Shown in pieces: positions 14,813 to 23,145 of a stretch of DNA of 29,295 nt. The stretch's first letter is position 1. Each line of letters starts with the position of its first letter. The DNA comes from a virus, in the IMG/VR virus record IMGVR_UViG_3300030524_000001; one strand, given 5' to 3'. The translations under genes were made by a program, and so were the position numbers. A model generated the notes under the pieces. That model saw only the letters and a list, made by a program, of their open reading frames with translations. It had not been told where the DNA came from and made no database searches.

Positions 14813-16171
14813 TCAGGCGCTCTTGCGGTAGCGGTCACGGGCTTTGAGTAGCCGGTCGTAGGCGGCGGCGTGCTTCAACCCGAAGTCGGCCTTCACACGC
14901 TCCAGGCCGACGGCGTCATAGCCGTCGGTCTGGATGAGCGCGAGGACGGCTTCGACTTCGGTTTCCACCTGGGTGCGTTTGCCGCCGATGGCCGCGGGCT
15001 TCGATTTCGCTTCGGCTCCGGGCGTCGGCTTCGGCTTCGGGCTTCGGGCCGCTTCGGCTCCCCGTTTCGGTTTCGGCTTCGCCGCTTCGGCTTCGAGGCG
15101 ACTGCGCTCCTGGGCGACGCGAAGCATCTCCTGTTCGCGCTGCAACTTCGCTTCGGCTTCCTGGGCCTGCTGCGCCTGGAAGGCACGGTGCCGCTCGGCT
15201 TCGACTGCGGCGATGCGGGCTTCGGTTTCGGCGTCGGCGATTCTCTGCGCGCGGGCGATCCCGGCGAGCTTTGCTTCGGCTTCGGCTTCGGAGATCCGCC
15301 GCGCTTCGGCTTCGGCCCGCTGGCGCTCTTCGGCTTCGCGGGCGGCTTCGGTTTCGGCCTCTGCCTGCCGCAGGGCTTCGGCCCGCCGCTCAACTTCGGC
15401 CGCGCGATGCGCTTCGGCTTCCGCTTCGGGTGCCGCGAGGGCATCCGAAACCGAAGTCCCGAAGTGAGCCAGCTCGAAGACGAGCAACCTGTCCGCAGGC
15501 GCGTCCCGACGCCAACGGCGCCCGTAGTCGCTGCGGAGTCTGGCGCGGTAGATCTTCAGTTCCTTCTGCTGCTCGATAACTGCGGTGTAGGACGGCAGGT
15601 GCCACAGTCGCATTCGTCGCCAGATCCGGAACGTCGGCCACGGCGCGATGATCCAGCGGATCAGCGGCGGCGACTCCATGTGCTGGTCGGCGGTGATGTC
15701 CGCGATCCGACCGACTGCGTGTCGGGCGCCTTCGACGGCGGCGATGAAGAGCAGCGGGATGGTGGCGTGCATGCCGACGGCGAGCGGGTCGGGCCAGGCC
15801 GAGGACGCGTTGAAGCAGATCGTCGCGGCGGTCAGGCACCAGGCGATCTGACGCAGCAGCGGGTACGGGATCCGCAGCCACGTGAGGAGCAGGTCCAGGG
15901 CGAGGAACCCGCCGATGCCAGAGTCGACGCCGGCGGGGAACGCCCAGGCGAACCAGCCGAAGCCCTTGGCTGCGGCGAGCTTCGTGACTGCGGTGTACGA
16001 CCCGGCGAAGCCGATGCCAGCGATGATCGTGACGAATCCGGAGACCATGCCGACGAGCCACTTCTGGGCTCGCGTGAGAGGGGGTCGAGCCGGGGCCTTC
16101 TCGGGCGCGTCGACAGGCGCAGCGAGGATGCTGCGAAGGTCCTGCCACGGCTGGTCGAGAGGGTCGGTCAC
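14813..16171 (-). CDS. DUF2637-domain membrane protein (Spd-type) with coiled coil and C-terminal HTH-like region
   Basis: GFAGSY..V..LA..GFG.FAW.FP.GVD, LTAATI.FN, MHATIPLLFI..VE..RH, RWIIAPWPTF..WRRM.LW. Confidence 0.88.
   Translation of the reverse strand: MTDPLDQPWQDLRSILAAPVDAPEKAPARPPLTRAQKWLVGMVSGFVTIIAGIGFAGSYTAVTKLAAAKGFGWFAWAFPAGVDSGIGGFLALDLLLTWLRIPYPLLRQIAWCLTAATICFNASSAWPDPLAVGMHATIPLLFIAAVEGARHAVGRIADITADQHMESPPLIRWIIAPWPTFRIWRRMRLWHLPSYTAVIEQQKELKIYRARLRSDYGRRWRRDAPADRLLVFELAHFGTSVSDALAAPEAEAEAHRAAEVERRAEALRQAEAETEAAREAEERQRAEAEARRISEAEAEAKLAGIARAQRIADAETEARIAAVEAERHRAFQAQQAQEAEAKLQREQEMLRVAQERSRLEAEAAKPKPKRGAEAARSPKPKPTPGAEAKSKPAAIGGKRTQVETEVEAVLALIQTDGYDAVGLERVKADFGLKHAAAYDRLLKARDRYRKSA
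14950..15464. repeat. Intragenic YTTCGG/CCGAAR hexamer array
   Basis: About two dozen copies by hand count, plus three inverted copies at 15445-15464. Confidence 0.8.
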
Positions 16172-16182
16172 TGGTCTGCCTT

Positions 16183-16419
16183 TCAGGCGAAGCGGACGAG
16201 GCGGTGTCGAATGCTGGGGATGAGGAGCAATGCCGCGAACGCGACGATCAGCGCGTGCCGGTGCGTGTCGTGGTGGTGGACGCGGAAGAGCCGGTGCCCG
16301 GTGAAGGCTGCGGCCGTGTAGCCGACGGCGAACGCCCCGGCCCCGTCACCGGTGCGGACGGCGAGCCATGCCCCGAACGTGAGGGCGAGGAGCGCGGTGA
16401 TCAGCGATGTGGGGTGCAT
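16183..16419 (-). CDS. Small membrane protein
   Basis: Hydrophobic 78 aa; GGAAGAGAG RBS. Confidence 0.7.
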   Translation of the reverse strand: MHPTSLITALLALTFGAWLAVRTGDGAGAFAVGYTAAAFTGHRLFRVHHHDTHRHALIVAFAALLLIPSIRHRLVRFA

Positions 16420-16500
16420 GGTGCTCTCCTTCCGTGGGTGGTGATGCCGGGCGGCTGCTGTCGCCCGGCGTGGGTTCGGTGATCTGGCCGCGAGTGGGGG

Positions 16501-16614
16501 TTACCAGTCGGCGTGGCAGTTTCCGCAGGTTCCGGCGTCGTCGGGATTGTTGGTGCCGCACCTGGTGCACGTCCAGGTGAGGTTGGCTAGGTGGTGGATG
16601 AGAGTGCTGAGCAT
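16501..16614 (-). CDS. 37-aa RanBP2-type zinc-finger peptide (not in the ORF track)
   Basis: MLSTLIHHLANLTWTCTRCGTNNPDDAGTCGNCHADW*; GGAGG RBS. Confidence 0.75.
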   Translation of the reverse strand: MLSTLIHHLANLTWTCTRCGTNNPDDAGTCGNCHADW

Positions 16615-16690
16615 GGTGTCCTCCGGGTGGATGTTCGGGGTGCTGGCAGCCCGGCCCGTCGCGGGGGCACCGGACCGGGCTGCGTCTGGG

Positions 16691-16915
16691 TCAGCCCTGT
16701 CCGGGCTGGCTGTGCGCGTCGGCGAGCAGCACCCGGGTGAGCCGTTCGGTGCGGTAGTCGGTGAGCCCGACGCCGTAGGTGCCGGTCTCGGTGGTGGTGC
16801 TGATGTCGCCGGTGAGCGGTTCGCTGGTTTCGGTTGCGGCTTCCCAGGCCATCCAGGCGTGGACGAGGCCGATGTCGCGGGCGCAGACGTAGGGCTCGTC
16901 GTCGGGGGTGTTCAC
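16691..16915 (-). CDS. Hypothetical protein (74 aa)
   Basis: GTGA overlap. Confidence 0.6.
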   Translation of the reverse strand: MNTPDDEPYVCARDIGLVHAWMAWEAATETSEPLTGDISTTTETGTYGVGLTDYRTERLTRVLLADAHSQPGQG

Positions 16916-17055
16916 TGGTCGCCGTCCTCGTCGTCGTCGTCCTGGCAGTCCTGCCATGCGGCGTAGAGGTCGCCGGTGAGGACGGCGCGGATCTCGTCGT
17001 CGGTCGCCGGGCGGCTGGAGCCGTCGCGGTCGAAGAGCGTGGGTTCGCCGTTCAT
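16912..17055 (-). CDS. Small acidic protein (47 aa)
   Basis: ATGA overlap, GGAGG RBS. Confidence 0.6.
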   Translation of the reverse strand: MNGEPTLFDRDGSSRPATDDEIRAVLTGDLYAAWQDCQDDDDEDGDQ

Positions 17056-17366
17056 GCGGTCCCCTCCGGCTTGGGCACGGCCCGGCAGATGCTGGCGTGG
17101 TCGTTGGCCCTGGTGCGGATCCGGAAGAGGAAGTCCTTCGCGGGGCGCTCGGAGTCGAGCAGGCATCCGCGGCAGTGCCACGCGTTGTCCTCGGTGTGGT
17201 CGCCGCTGCCAGTGACGTCGACGTGGGATCCGCCGAGGGTGGTGAACCGCATGAGGACGCCGCCGGGCCACGGGGCGACGTGCTCGCTCGGGCTGGCCTG
17301 TGCGGCCCATGCTTCAGGTTTGGCGAGGACACCGTCGGGGCCGTAGATCCAGTCGGGGCGGGTCAT
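17052..17366 (-). CDS. Hypothetical protein with C..C / H...C Zn site
   Basis: WHCRGC...ANDHASICRA; ATGA overlap. Confidence 0.7.
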   Translation of the reverse strand: MTRPDWIYGPDGVLAKPEAWAAQASPSEHVAPWPGGVLMRFTTLGGSHVDVTGSGDHTEDNAWHCRGCLLDSERPAKDFLFRIRTRANDHASICRAVPKPEGTA

Positions 17367-17617
17367 CGCGCACCGCCGAGGGCGTTCGGTTCCAGGGCGA
17401 AGAACAGGACGGTGGGCGGGATGCCGCAGCTGGCGTCGCGCATCACGAACGCGCGGAGGATCTCGTAGATGTCGGCGCGGGTCTGGCCGGGCTCCGGGGT
17501 GATGGTGGAGCGCCAGGTGCCTCGACGTTCGGATCCGGGTGTCGTCTGCCAGCTGATCGTCATGACCCAGTGGTGGCTGCCCTGCGGGTTCGGGCCGGGG
17601 ACGCTGATCGTGGTCAC
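17363..17617 (-). CDS. Hypothetical protein (84 aa)
   Basis: GTGA overlap; VLFFALEPN ending. Confidence 0.7.
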   Translation of the reverse strand: MTTISVPGPNPQGSHHWVMTISWQTTPGSERRGTWRSTITPEPGQTRADIYEILRAFVMRDASCGIPPTVLFFALEPNALGGAR

Positions 17618-17841
17618 GATGCACCGCCGAGCAGTTCGTCGACGTCCTCGGCCTTCACGAGGACGTTGCGCGGCAGGCTGCCCTGGGAGGGTCCGACGAT
17701 GCCGTACTCCTCCAGCTCGTCGAGGAGGTCGACGGCGTCGCCCATGCTGACGTGCAGGCGGCGCTGGAGACGGTCGGGGGCGGCGAAGCGGCTGGTGGTG
17801 ACGAGGATCGCGGCGTCGTAGAGCAGCTGGTCGGCGGCCAT
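17614..17841 (-). CDS. Stand-alone FtsK gamma (wHTH) domain protein
   Basis: DQLLYDAAILV...LQRRL.V...A..LLDELEEYGIVGPSQGSLPRNVLV; TGATG overlap. Confidence 0.85.
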   Translation of the reverse strand: MAADQLLYDAAILVTTSRFAAPDRLQRRLHVSMGDAVDLLDELEEYGIVGPSQGSLPRNVLVKAEDVDELLGGAS

Positions 17842-18086
17842 CAGGCGTCGTCCCTGAATGCGCGCCATGCGGCGGGTTCGCCGATCCCGACCGGGCGCAG
17901 GCCCTCGGCGACCATCGCCGCGTTCAGGTCGGCGCGGGTGAACGAGCGCGGGCCGTACGGGGCGGTCGGCAGGTCGTGGCTCAGCGGGCGGGCGGTGAGG
18001 CGCTGCTTCGGCGGGGCTGGGCGCGGGCTCGGATCCGTCACCCGTGGGGCATCTGTGCAGGTGCGGGCCAGATCGGTAGTCTCCAC
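17841..18086 (-). CDS. Hypothetical protein, first gene of the leftward transfer operon
   Basis: GAGGAAGG RBS before GTG 18086. Confidence 0.6.
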   Translation of the reverse strand: METTDLARTCTDAPRVTDPSPRPAPPKQRLTARPLSHDLPTAPYGPRSFTRADLNAAMVAEGLRPVGIGEPAAWRAFRDDA

Positions 18087-18203
18087 TTGGACCTTCCTCT
18101 GTGGCTTAGCGGCTTGAGGGTGGTCTGACCCCGACCACATGACGTTGCGAGCGTCGGTCGGGGTCATTTGTTGATCAGTGGCGCGTGGCCACTCATAGCA
18201 ACT

Positions 18204-18242
18204 TAGACCCCCGGTCTAGCCGAGCGCAAGACCGGGGGTCTA
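18204..18242. promoter_or_regulatory. Tandem palindromic operators
   Basis: TAGACCCCCGGTCTA (18204-18218) and AAGACCGGGGGTCTA (18228-18242); perfect 14-bp inverted arms. Confidence 0.75.
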
Positions 18243-18286
18243 GCATCCGTATTGGCCACGCTCTCGCGAGGGAAAGGGAGCGCGGA

Positions 18287-18586
18287 GTGACACAGCAGCC
18301 CGAGGAGGTGGTGAGGTTCTTGGACGCCATCAAGGCCCTGGAAGAGATCGAAGACGATGCCGCCTGTGCCCAGGCCATCACCAAGGTCTTGAAGGACTGG
18401 CCGGAGAATCACGCCCGGCTCCGCGAGATCCGCCAGGAACGCGTCCGCCGGATGAAAGGCGAGGGTAAGACCTGGCAGGAGATCGGAGACTCCATGGGCA
18501 TCCACTTCACGCGCGCCCAGCAGATCGCCAAGGGCATCCGCGGCGGGAAGGGGCCAAAGAAGGCCGACGACCCTCCCGCCGAGTAG
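18287..18586 (+). CDS. Small HTH regulator divergent from the transfer operon
   Basis: GKTWQEIGDSMGIHFTRAQQI; GGGAG RBS. Confidence 0.85.
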   Translation: MTQQPEEVVRFLDAIKALEEIEDDAACAQAITKVLKDWPENHARLREIRQERVRRMKGEGKTWQEIGDSMGIHFTRAQQIAKGIRGGKGPKKADDPPAE

Positions 18587-18598
18587 CCTCCACATGCA

Positions 18599-18635
18599 GA
18601 AGGACCGCGCCTGTCACCTGCGGGCGCGGTCCTTC
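18599..18635. terminator. Bidirectional terminator
   Basis: GAAGGACCGCGCC..GGCGCGGTCCTTC between convergent genes. Confidence 0.75.
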
Positions 18636-18648
18636 GCTGCGGTCAACC

Positions 18649-19167
18649 TCAGGCCGCGAGGTACTCCTCGAGGTCGATGCCCAGCTGCTTGCTCGCCTGG
18701 ACCGGGTTCGCAGAGCCGGGTGCCATGGTCTCGAGAGCGAGCAGCTTGTCGTAGAGCGCCACGTTCGAGCCGTACGTCTTCTCGAGCGTCAGGTGCTCGG
18801 AGCGCTTCGCCCGCAGCTCCTCCCACGGCGCGACCGTGATCAGCTCCTGGGCGATCCACTTCTGCCCGTCGCCCCGGATGCGCTTGAAGCCGGCGACCGC
18901 GGGCTTGGTGAGCAGCCGTCCGTCGAAGGAGATCAGCGCGGGCGCGACGCGGGACTTCGCGTAGCTCGAGACCTCGCCCGCGGCTCCCCGGCGGCGAATG
19001 TCGGCCTCGAGGTCGAACGCCCACGGACGCTGCGCCTGGACGGCGTCGTGGAGCTTCGAGAGGAACGCCGCGATCCGCAGCGCGGAGTCGGGCGTGCTCA
19101 GCACGACCTCCTCCATCATCTCGCTGTACTCGGCGACCCACTCGGGAGCCCAGCCGACCTTGCGCAC
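18649..19167 (-). CDS. Hypothetical protein coupled to the ParB-like gene
   Basis: GGAGG overlapping the ParB stop; GC3-rich. Confidence 0.75.
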   Translation of the reverse strand: MRKVGWAPEWVAEYSEMMEEVVLSTPDSALRIAAFLSKLHDAVQAQRPWAFDLEADIRRRGAAGEVSSYAKSRVAPALISFDGRLLTKPAVAGFKRIRGDGQKWIAQELITVAPWEELRAKRSEHLTLEKTYGSNVALYDKLLALETMAPGSANPVQASKQLGIDLEEYLAA

Positions 19168-19168
19168 A

Positions 19169-20143
19169 TCAACCTCCAACGATCAGTGACAGCCCGGCGG
19201 GACGCTCCCGCAGGGAATCGATCTGCTCCACATAGGTCGTCAACCTGGCAGCCATGGTTCGGAGTTCGTTCATTCCGTCCTCGTCGGCACTCGAGGCCAC
19301 CTGCTCGGGGCGGAACATCCCCATCAGGCCGAAGCCCTTCGCCAGTTCCTTCTGGAAGGCCGCGCGCCACTTGAGGAGTCGGAGCTCGTCGGCACCGCCG
19401 GAGGCCTCGAGATACTCGGCCACGGGCGCGGTCAGAACCGCAGTCTCGGCCTGGACGACCTTCTTGAAGGCGGGGTCGATCTTGCCGGTGCGGTCCATGA
19501 CGCGTTGCGCCTCGAGCGCCGCTGCGCGGACGGGAGCCGGGGCCTCGGGATCCCTGGCGGCCTGGACGACATGCCGGGCCTTCTCGAGCGTGCGACCGGA
19601 GAGGCCGCTGCCCCTGGCCTCCTGATCCCGCACTCGAGTCTTCGGAGTGGCGATCGACTCCGAATCGGACGCCGCGGGGGCTTCCTCTGCGGTCTCGGGC
19701 TCGAGGAAAAGGGTGGGCAAGTTTCCCACCCTTTCCGTTGCCGCCGGGCGGTTGGGTGCCGCCTTCCGGCCGGCCGCAGCCATGCGCTCCTTCGCCTGCG
19801 ACTGCAGGACCGACCGCACGCGGTCCGCATGACGGACCGCCTCGGTGGGCGTGAAGTTCTTCCGGCAGGTGTTCTCATCGTCCTCGGCATGCAGGGCCTC
19901 GAGCTCGTCGGCGAGCGACTCGGCGATGTGCGCCGGGATCTGGTCGTGGCCGAGGAGGTGGTGCGCTTCGATGCGCCGGCCTCCGGCGACGAGCGTGTAG
20001 CCGTCGCCGTCCGGGCGCACGACGATCGGCTGCAGGAGTCCGCGGTCACGGATCGAGTCGACCAGCATGGTGAGGTCGCCGAGATCTTGGCGGGCTCGTT
20101 CGCCGATGCGGATCTGGCGGATGGGCAGGGTGGTGACTTTCAC
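19169..20143 (-). CDS. ParB N-terminal (ParB/Srx) domain protein
   Basis: L.DSI...GLLQPIVV..LVAGGRRI.A..EN..RKNFTP.E; HTH-like RDQEARGSGLSGRTLEK. Confidence 0.88.
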   Translation of the reverse strand: MKVTTLPIRQIRIGERARQDLGDLTMLVDSIRDRGLLQPIVVRPDGDGYTLVAGGRRIEAHHLLGHDQIPAHIAESLADELEALHAEDDENTCRKNFTPTEAVRHADRVRSVLQSQAKERMAAAGRKAAPNRPAATERVGNLPTLFLEPETAEEAPAASDSESIATPKTRVRDQEARGSGLSGRTLEKARHVVQAARDPEAPAPVRAAALEAQRVMDRTGKIDPAFKKVVQAETAVLTAPVAEYLEASGGADELRLLKWRAAFQKELAKGFGLMGMFRPEQVASSADEDGMNELRTMAARLTTYVEQIDSLRERPAGLSLIVGG

Positions 20144-20509
20144 GGGCGCCTCCGGGGCGGTCCGTTCGCCAATGGGGTTGCCGGAACTGCCCCTTGAGGC
20201 TGTCCGGCGGAGGCGGAATCCGCCCCCACCCCTTGAACGAATGACGTCCCCGAATCTCTCCGGAATCGGCCCAACTACTTCCAGTATGCGCAGGTCAGAC
20301 GCACCGTCACGTCATCACGTGAGCTTCACGAATGGTGATCGAATCCGACCGGATCGCGCCGCATTTCGACCGCTTCGCAGCCCTGTTGATCACGTCCCGC
20401 GCGCCCGCAGTAGAGCTGCCCTGTCCAATTCATCATCATCTGCACCGTCTTGACATACTTTCAGATCTTGTGTCACCTTCGGCAGCACCCCGACCGAAGG
20501 AGTCCCGTC

Positions 20510-21175
20510 ATGGCCGCTGGCCGTCTCGCCGAGTACGACTCACGCCAGGCGATCAACCGCCTGAAGATCACCGAAGCGCACTGGCGCTGGGCCGAGCACC
20601 GCCGGCTCATCCCGGCGCCCGACGCCACCGAGGGCCGGTGGCTGCGCGCGACCGTCGAAGCCATCGACACCGCCAAGATCAGGCGCGAACTGCCCGACGG
20701 ACCCATCGGCAACTACGAGGCCGCCAGCCGCATCGCAGCCGCGCTCGGCACCCCGAACCCGCCCGGCGGCCCCGACCACGTCAAAGCGTTCACCGTGCGG
20801 CGATTCATCGGCCGCGGCCTGCTCGTCGCCCTGTCCTGGGACCGGGCGTGCGTGCACCCCGGGCAGCTCGACCGGCTGTGCCGCCGCACCACCCTTCGGC
20901 GCCTGGTGGACGAGGAAACCCCGCTCGGCCCCGACCAGTCCGCAGCCCGGCTCGGCATCCGGCGCTCCGACTGGGACCACATCGTCCGGCTCGGCTGGGC
21001 CAAGCCCGTCGACTGGCAGAAAGTCCAGTTCGGCAGCAGCAAAGCCGGGGCCGTCGACGTGCCGGTCTACCGGAGCGGCGACGTGGACGCGATCCCGCGT
21101 CGGCGTAAGGCGGTCGACTGGGAGCAGCTGCGCGGGCTCGGGAAAGGACAGCGGTCACCGCTGGCCAAGCTGTAG
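20510..21175 (+). CDS. Protein with tandem MerR/excisionase-like wHTH repeats
   Basis: AAGGAG RBS; three repeats resembling A..LGI...W....G..P...Y. Confidence 0.7.
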   Translation: MAAGRLAEYDSRQAINRLKITEAHWRWAEHRRLIPAPDATEGRWLRATVEAIDTAKIRRELPDGPIGNYEAASRIAAALGTPNPPGGPDHVKAFTVRRFIGRGLLVALSWDRACVHPGQLDRLCRRTTLRRLVDEETPLGPDQSAARLGIRRSDWDHIVRLGWAKPVDWQKVQFGSSKAGAVDVPVYRSGDVDAIPRRRKAVDWEQLRGLGKGQRSPLAKL

Positions 21176-21184
21176 GCGGACATG

Positions 21185-21220
21185 CGACGGGCCCCGCCGG
21201 TCACCCGGTCGGGGCCTTCG
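21185..21220. terminator. Bidirectional terminator-like hairpin
   Basis: GGCCCCG-CCGG..CCGG-T-CGGGGCC between convergent genes. Confidence 0.6.
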
Positions 21221-21235
21221 CCATGCTGCTCCCGC

Positions 21236-21796
21236 CTAGCGTCGGCCTTGGCAGTATGAGCATCCGATGCAGCGCGGGTCGTGGACGATCGCGAGTGGAT
21301 CCCCTGGCTCCCCGACCACATGCGCGTCCCAGCTGCCTCCTTCGGCACCGTGCGCGGCTTCGGCGATGCGGTTGTACATGCGGTCGCGTTCTTCCTCGGT
21401 GGCGCAGGCCGGGATGAACACGCCGATGGTGTAGCCGTCGCGCTCGGGTGTCGGCTGCGCAGCGGCCCGATGCTCTGCGACCCGCTCCCGCTCCACGTCC
21501 CGCTGTTCGACGACTGCCCGCCGTGGCTCCCCGGCCGGAACGAGGCGCAGGTCCAGCTCGAATCTCAGGGCGTGCAGGTATTCGGCGAGGGCGCCGACGG
21601 TGATGTCCCGGTCGCCGTCGAAGGCCCGGCGTACGGTCTTGGCGCGGACGCTGAGCCTGGCGGCGATCTCGTCGGGCGCGAGCCCGGACGCGGTCTGTGC
21701 TCGGTGGAGGCGGCGCAGGGCCTCACGGCGCAGGCGGCCCTGCGCGAGGGCGCGGGAGCCGTCGTCGGTCGCAGCTAGTCGGTCGTACAGGGTCAT
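21236..21796 (-). CDS. XRE-like HTH protein with extra C-terminal domain
   Basis: SGLAPDEIAARLSV..TVRR.FDGD.DITVGALAEYLHAL.FELDL.LV; C-terminal CIGCSYC. Confidence 0.7.
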   Translation of the reverse strand: MTLYDRLAATDDGSRALAQGRLRREALRRLHRAQTASGLAPDEIAARLSVRAKTVRRAFDGDRDITVGALAEYLHALRFELDLRLVPAGEPRRAVVEQRDVERERVAEHRAAAQPTPERDGYTIGVFIPACATEEERDRMYNRIAEAAHGAEGGSWDAHVVGEPGDPLAIVHDPRCIGCSYCQGRR

Positions 21797-21935
21797 GGCA
21801 CCATGATGCGCCTGCGGCCGGGGTTGTTCCCTGTCGTGCAGCAATACCTCGACCAGGCGCTGCCGCAGTAGCCTCGACGCGACAGCAGCCCGGCCCGGTT
21901 TGTGCGGGCCGGGCTGCATCGTTCAGTGCCGGGTT

Positions 21936-22232
21936 CTACGGCAAGTTGAAGATCTCGTGGTTGCCGATCCGCCGCCAGATGACGTGCGGGTCACCCTTCG
22001 TTATCTCCTCGCCGAACTGCCACGTCGCGCGGCCGTTGGGTGCCCAGGTCATCTCCCAGATGCCGGTGGCACCCTGGATGCCCTTCATGCGCAGGCCGCC
22101 GGGATACGGGAAGCCTTCGTTGATCGCTGGGACGAACTCTTTCTTCACCTTGTCCCTGAACCTGACCTGCAGGTCAGGTTCGAGCGTCTTCCAGTCCTTC
22201 TGGAAGCGCGGGAGCTTCTCGAACGTTGGCAC
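21936..22232 (-). CDS. RelE/ParE-superfamily toxin
   Basis: PRFQKDWK.L, WEMTW...GRAT, WRRIGNH; 3 nt after the antitoxin stop. Confidence 0.8.
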   Translation of the reverse strand: MPTFEKLPRFQKDWKTLEPDLQVRFRDKVKKEFVPAINEGFPYPGGLRMKGIQGATGIWEMTWAPNGRATWQFGEEITKGDPHVIWRRIGNHEIFNLP

Positions 22233-22235
22233 GGG

Positions 22236-22547
22236 TCAGTCGCTCTCGTTCTCCAATGCGTCGAACATCGCGTCGGCGCTCTTGTAGACGGTGCCCTCGC
22301 CGTTGGCGATCTCGTCGTCGGCCTCCTGCTCGCCGGCCTGCCATTCGGGGGTCCAGAACCATGCCTGGTCTGCTGGCATGGCGCGGAGGCCTCGCAGTAT
22401 GACCTGGCCGTCGATGACCTCGAATGCGATGTCGTCCCCGGTGTCGATGTGTAGGGCTTCCCGGATGGGTGCGGGTAGTGTCACCTGGCCCTTTGCGCGG
22501 AGGCGCGCGCGGAGCCGGTGCGGCTTGGTGCGGTCGCGGGTCGGCAT
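22236..22547 (-). CDS. AbrB/MazE-type antitoxin
   Basis: KGQVTLPAPIREALHIDTGD.I.FEV; DQAWFWTPEWQAGE. Confidence 0.9.
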   Translation of the reverse strand: MPTRDRTKPHRLRARLRAKGQVTLPAPIREALHIDTGDDIAFEVIDGQVILRGLRAMPADQAWFWTPEWQAGEQEADDEIANGEGTVYKSADAMFDALENESD

Positions 22548-22603
22548 GAGTGCTTCCTGGGTCTGTGGTCGCTGTCTGCGTTCACTACCACAGTACCCGG
22601 ATT

Positions 22604-22632
22604 TCCAACTTTCTAAGAGTAGGAAAGTAGGA
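22604..22632. promoter_or_regulatory. Imperfect palindrome upstream of the TA operon (autoregulatory operator)
   Basis: TCCAACTTTCTA-AGAG-TAGGAAAGTAGGA, AT-rich. Confidence 0.55.
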
Positions 22633-22677
22633 CGATCCTGTCCAACCGTTCTGCGCACGCACCGGAGCACGGCATGC

Positions 22678-22708
22678 AAAAGGCCCCGGCCGGGATGGCC
22701 GGGGCCTT
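22678..22708 (-). terminator. Intrinsic terminator
   Basis: AAGGCCCCGGCC-N5-GGCCGGGGCCTTTT. Confidence 0.75.
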
Positions 22709-22716
22709 CGTCGCGT

Positions 22717-23100
22717 CTACCGCGCGGAGTTCAGGAACACCCGCGACCCGTCATGAAACAAGATCGTCGCCCCGTGCGCGATCGCCCCCGCCTGCGCCCT
22801 GCGCGAGTACGGATCCACGCTCTCGACGTGCTCGGGGCTGCCCGCCGTGGCCGGCCCGGTCTCGGGCGGTACGGGCTTGTCGCCGAGGACGGGCTCCCGC
22901 TCCGGCTGGCTGTACACGTCCCCGGGCGCGGAGGCCGCTGTGACCTGCCAGCGGGTGGTCTTCCCGCCGGTCTCGACCGCGAACAGGTACGGCCGCTTGG
23001 AACGCCCGTCCTCCTCGATGGGCACGGTGTCGGCGCGGGTGACGCCGGGGATGGTGCGGGCGGCGGTGATGGCGAGTTGCAGGAAACGGTCGGGGCGCAT
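22717..23100 (-). CDS. Hypothetical protein
   Basis: GC3-rich ORF followed by a terminator. Confidence 0.7.
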   Translation of the reverse strand: MRPDRFLQLAITAARTIPGVTRADTVPIEEDGRSKRPYLFAVETGGKTTRWQVTAASAPGDVYSQPEREPVLGDKPVPPETGPATAGSPEHVESVDPYSRRAQAGAIAHGATILFHDGSRVFLNSAR

Positions 23101-23145
23101 GGCGGACACGCTATCGGGCGCGTCGGACAGGTCCGGTCGGGCGCG

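Noticed and set aside
14950-15464. CRISPR array
   Set aside because: 6-bp units inside a CDS with no repeat-spacer periodicity; no cas genes
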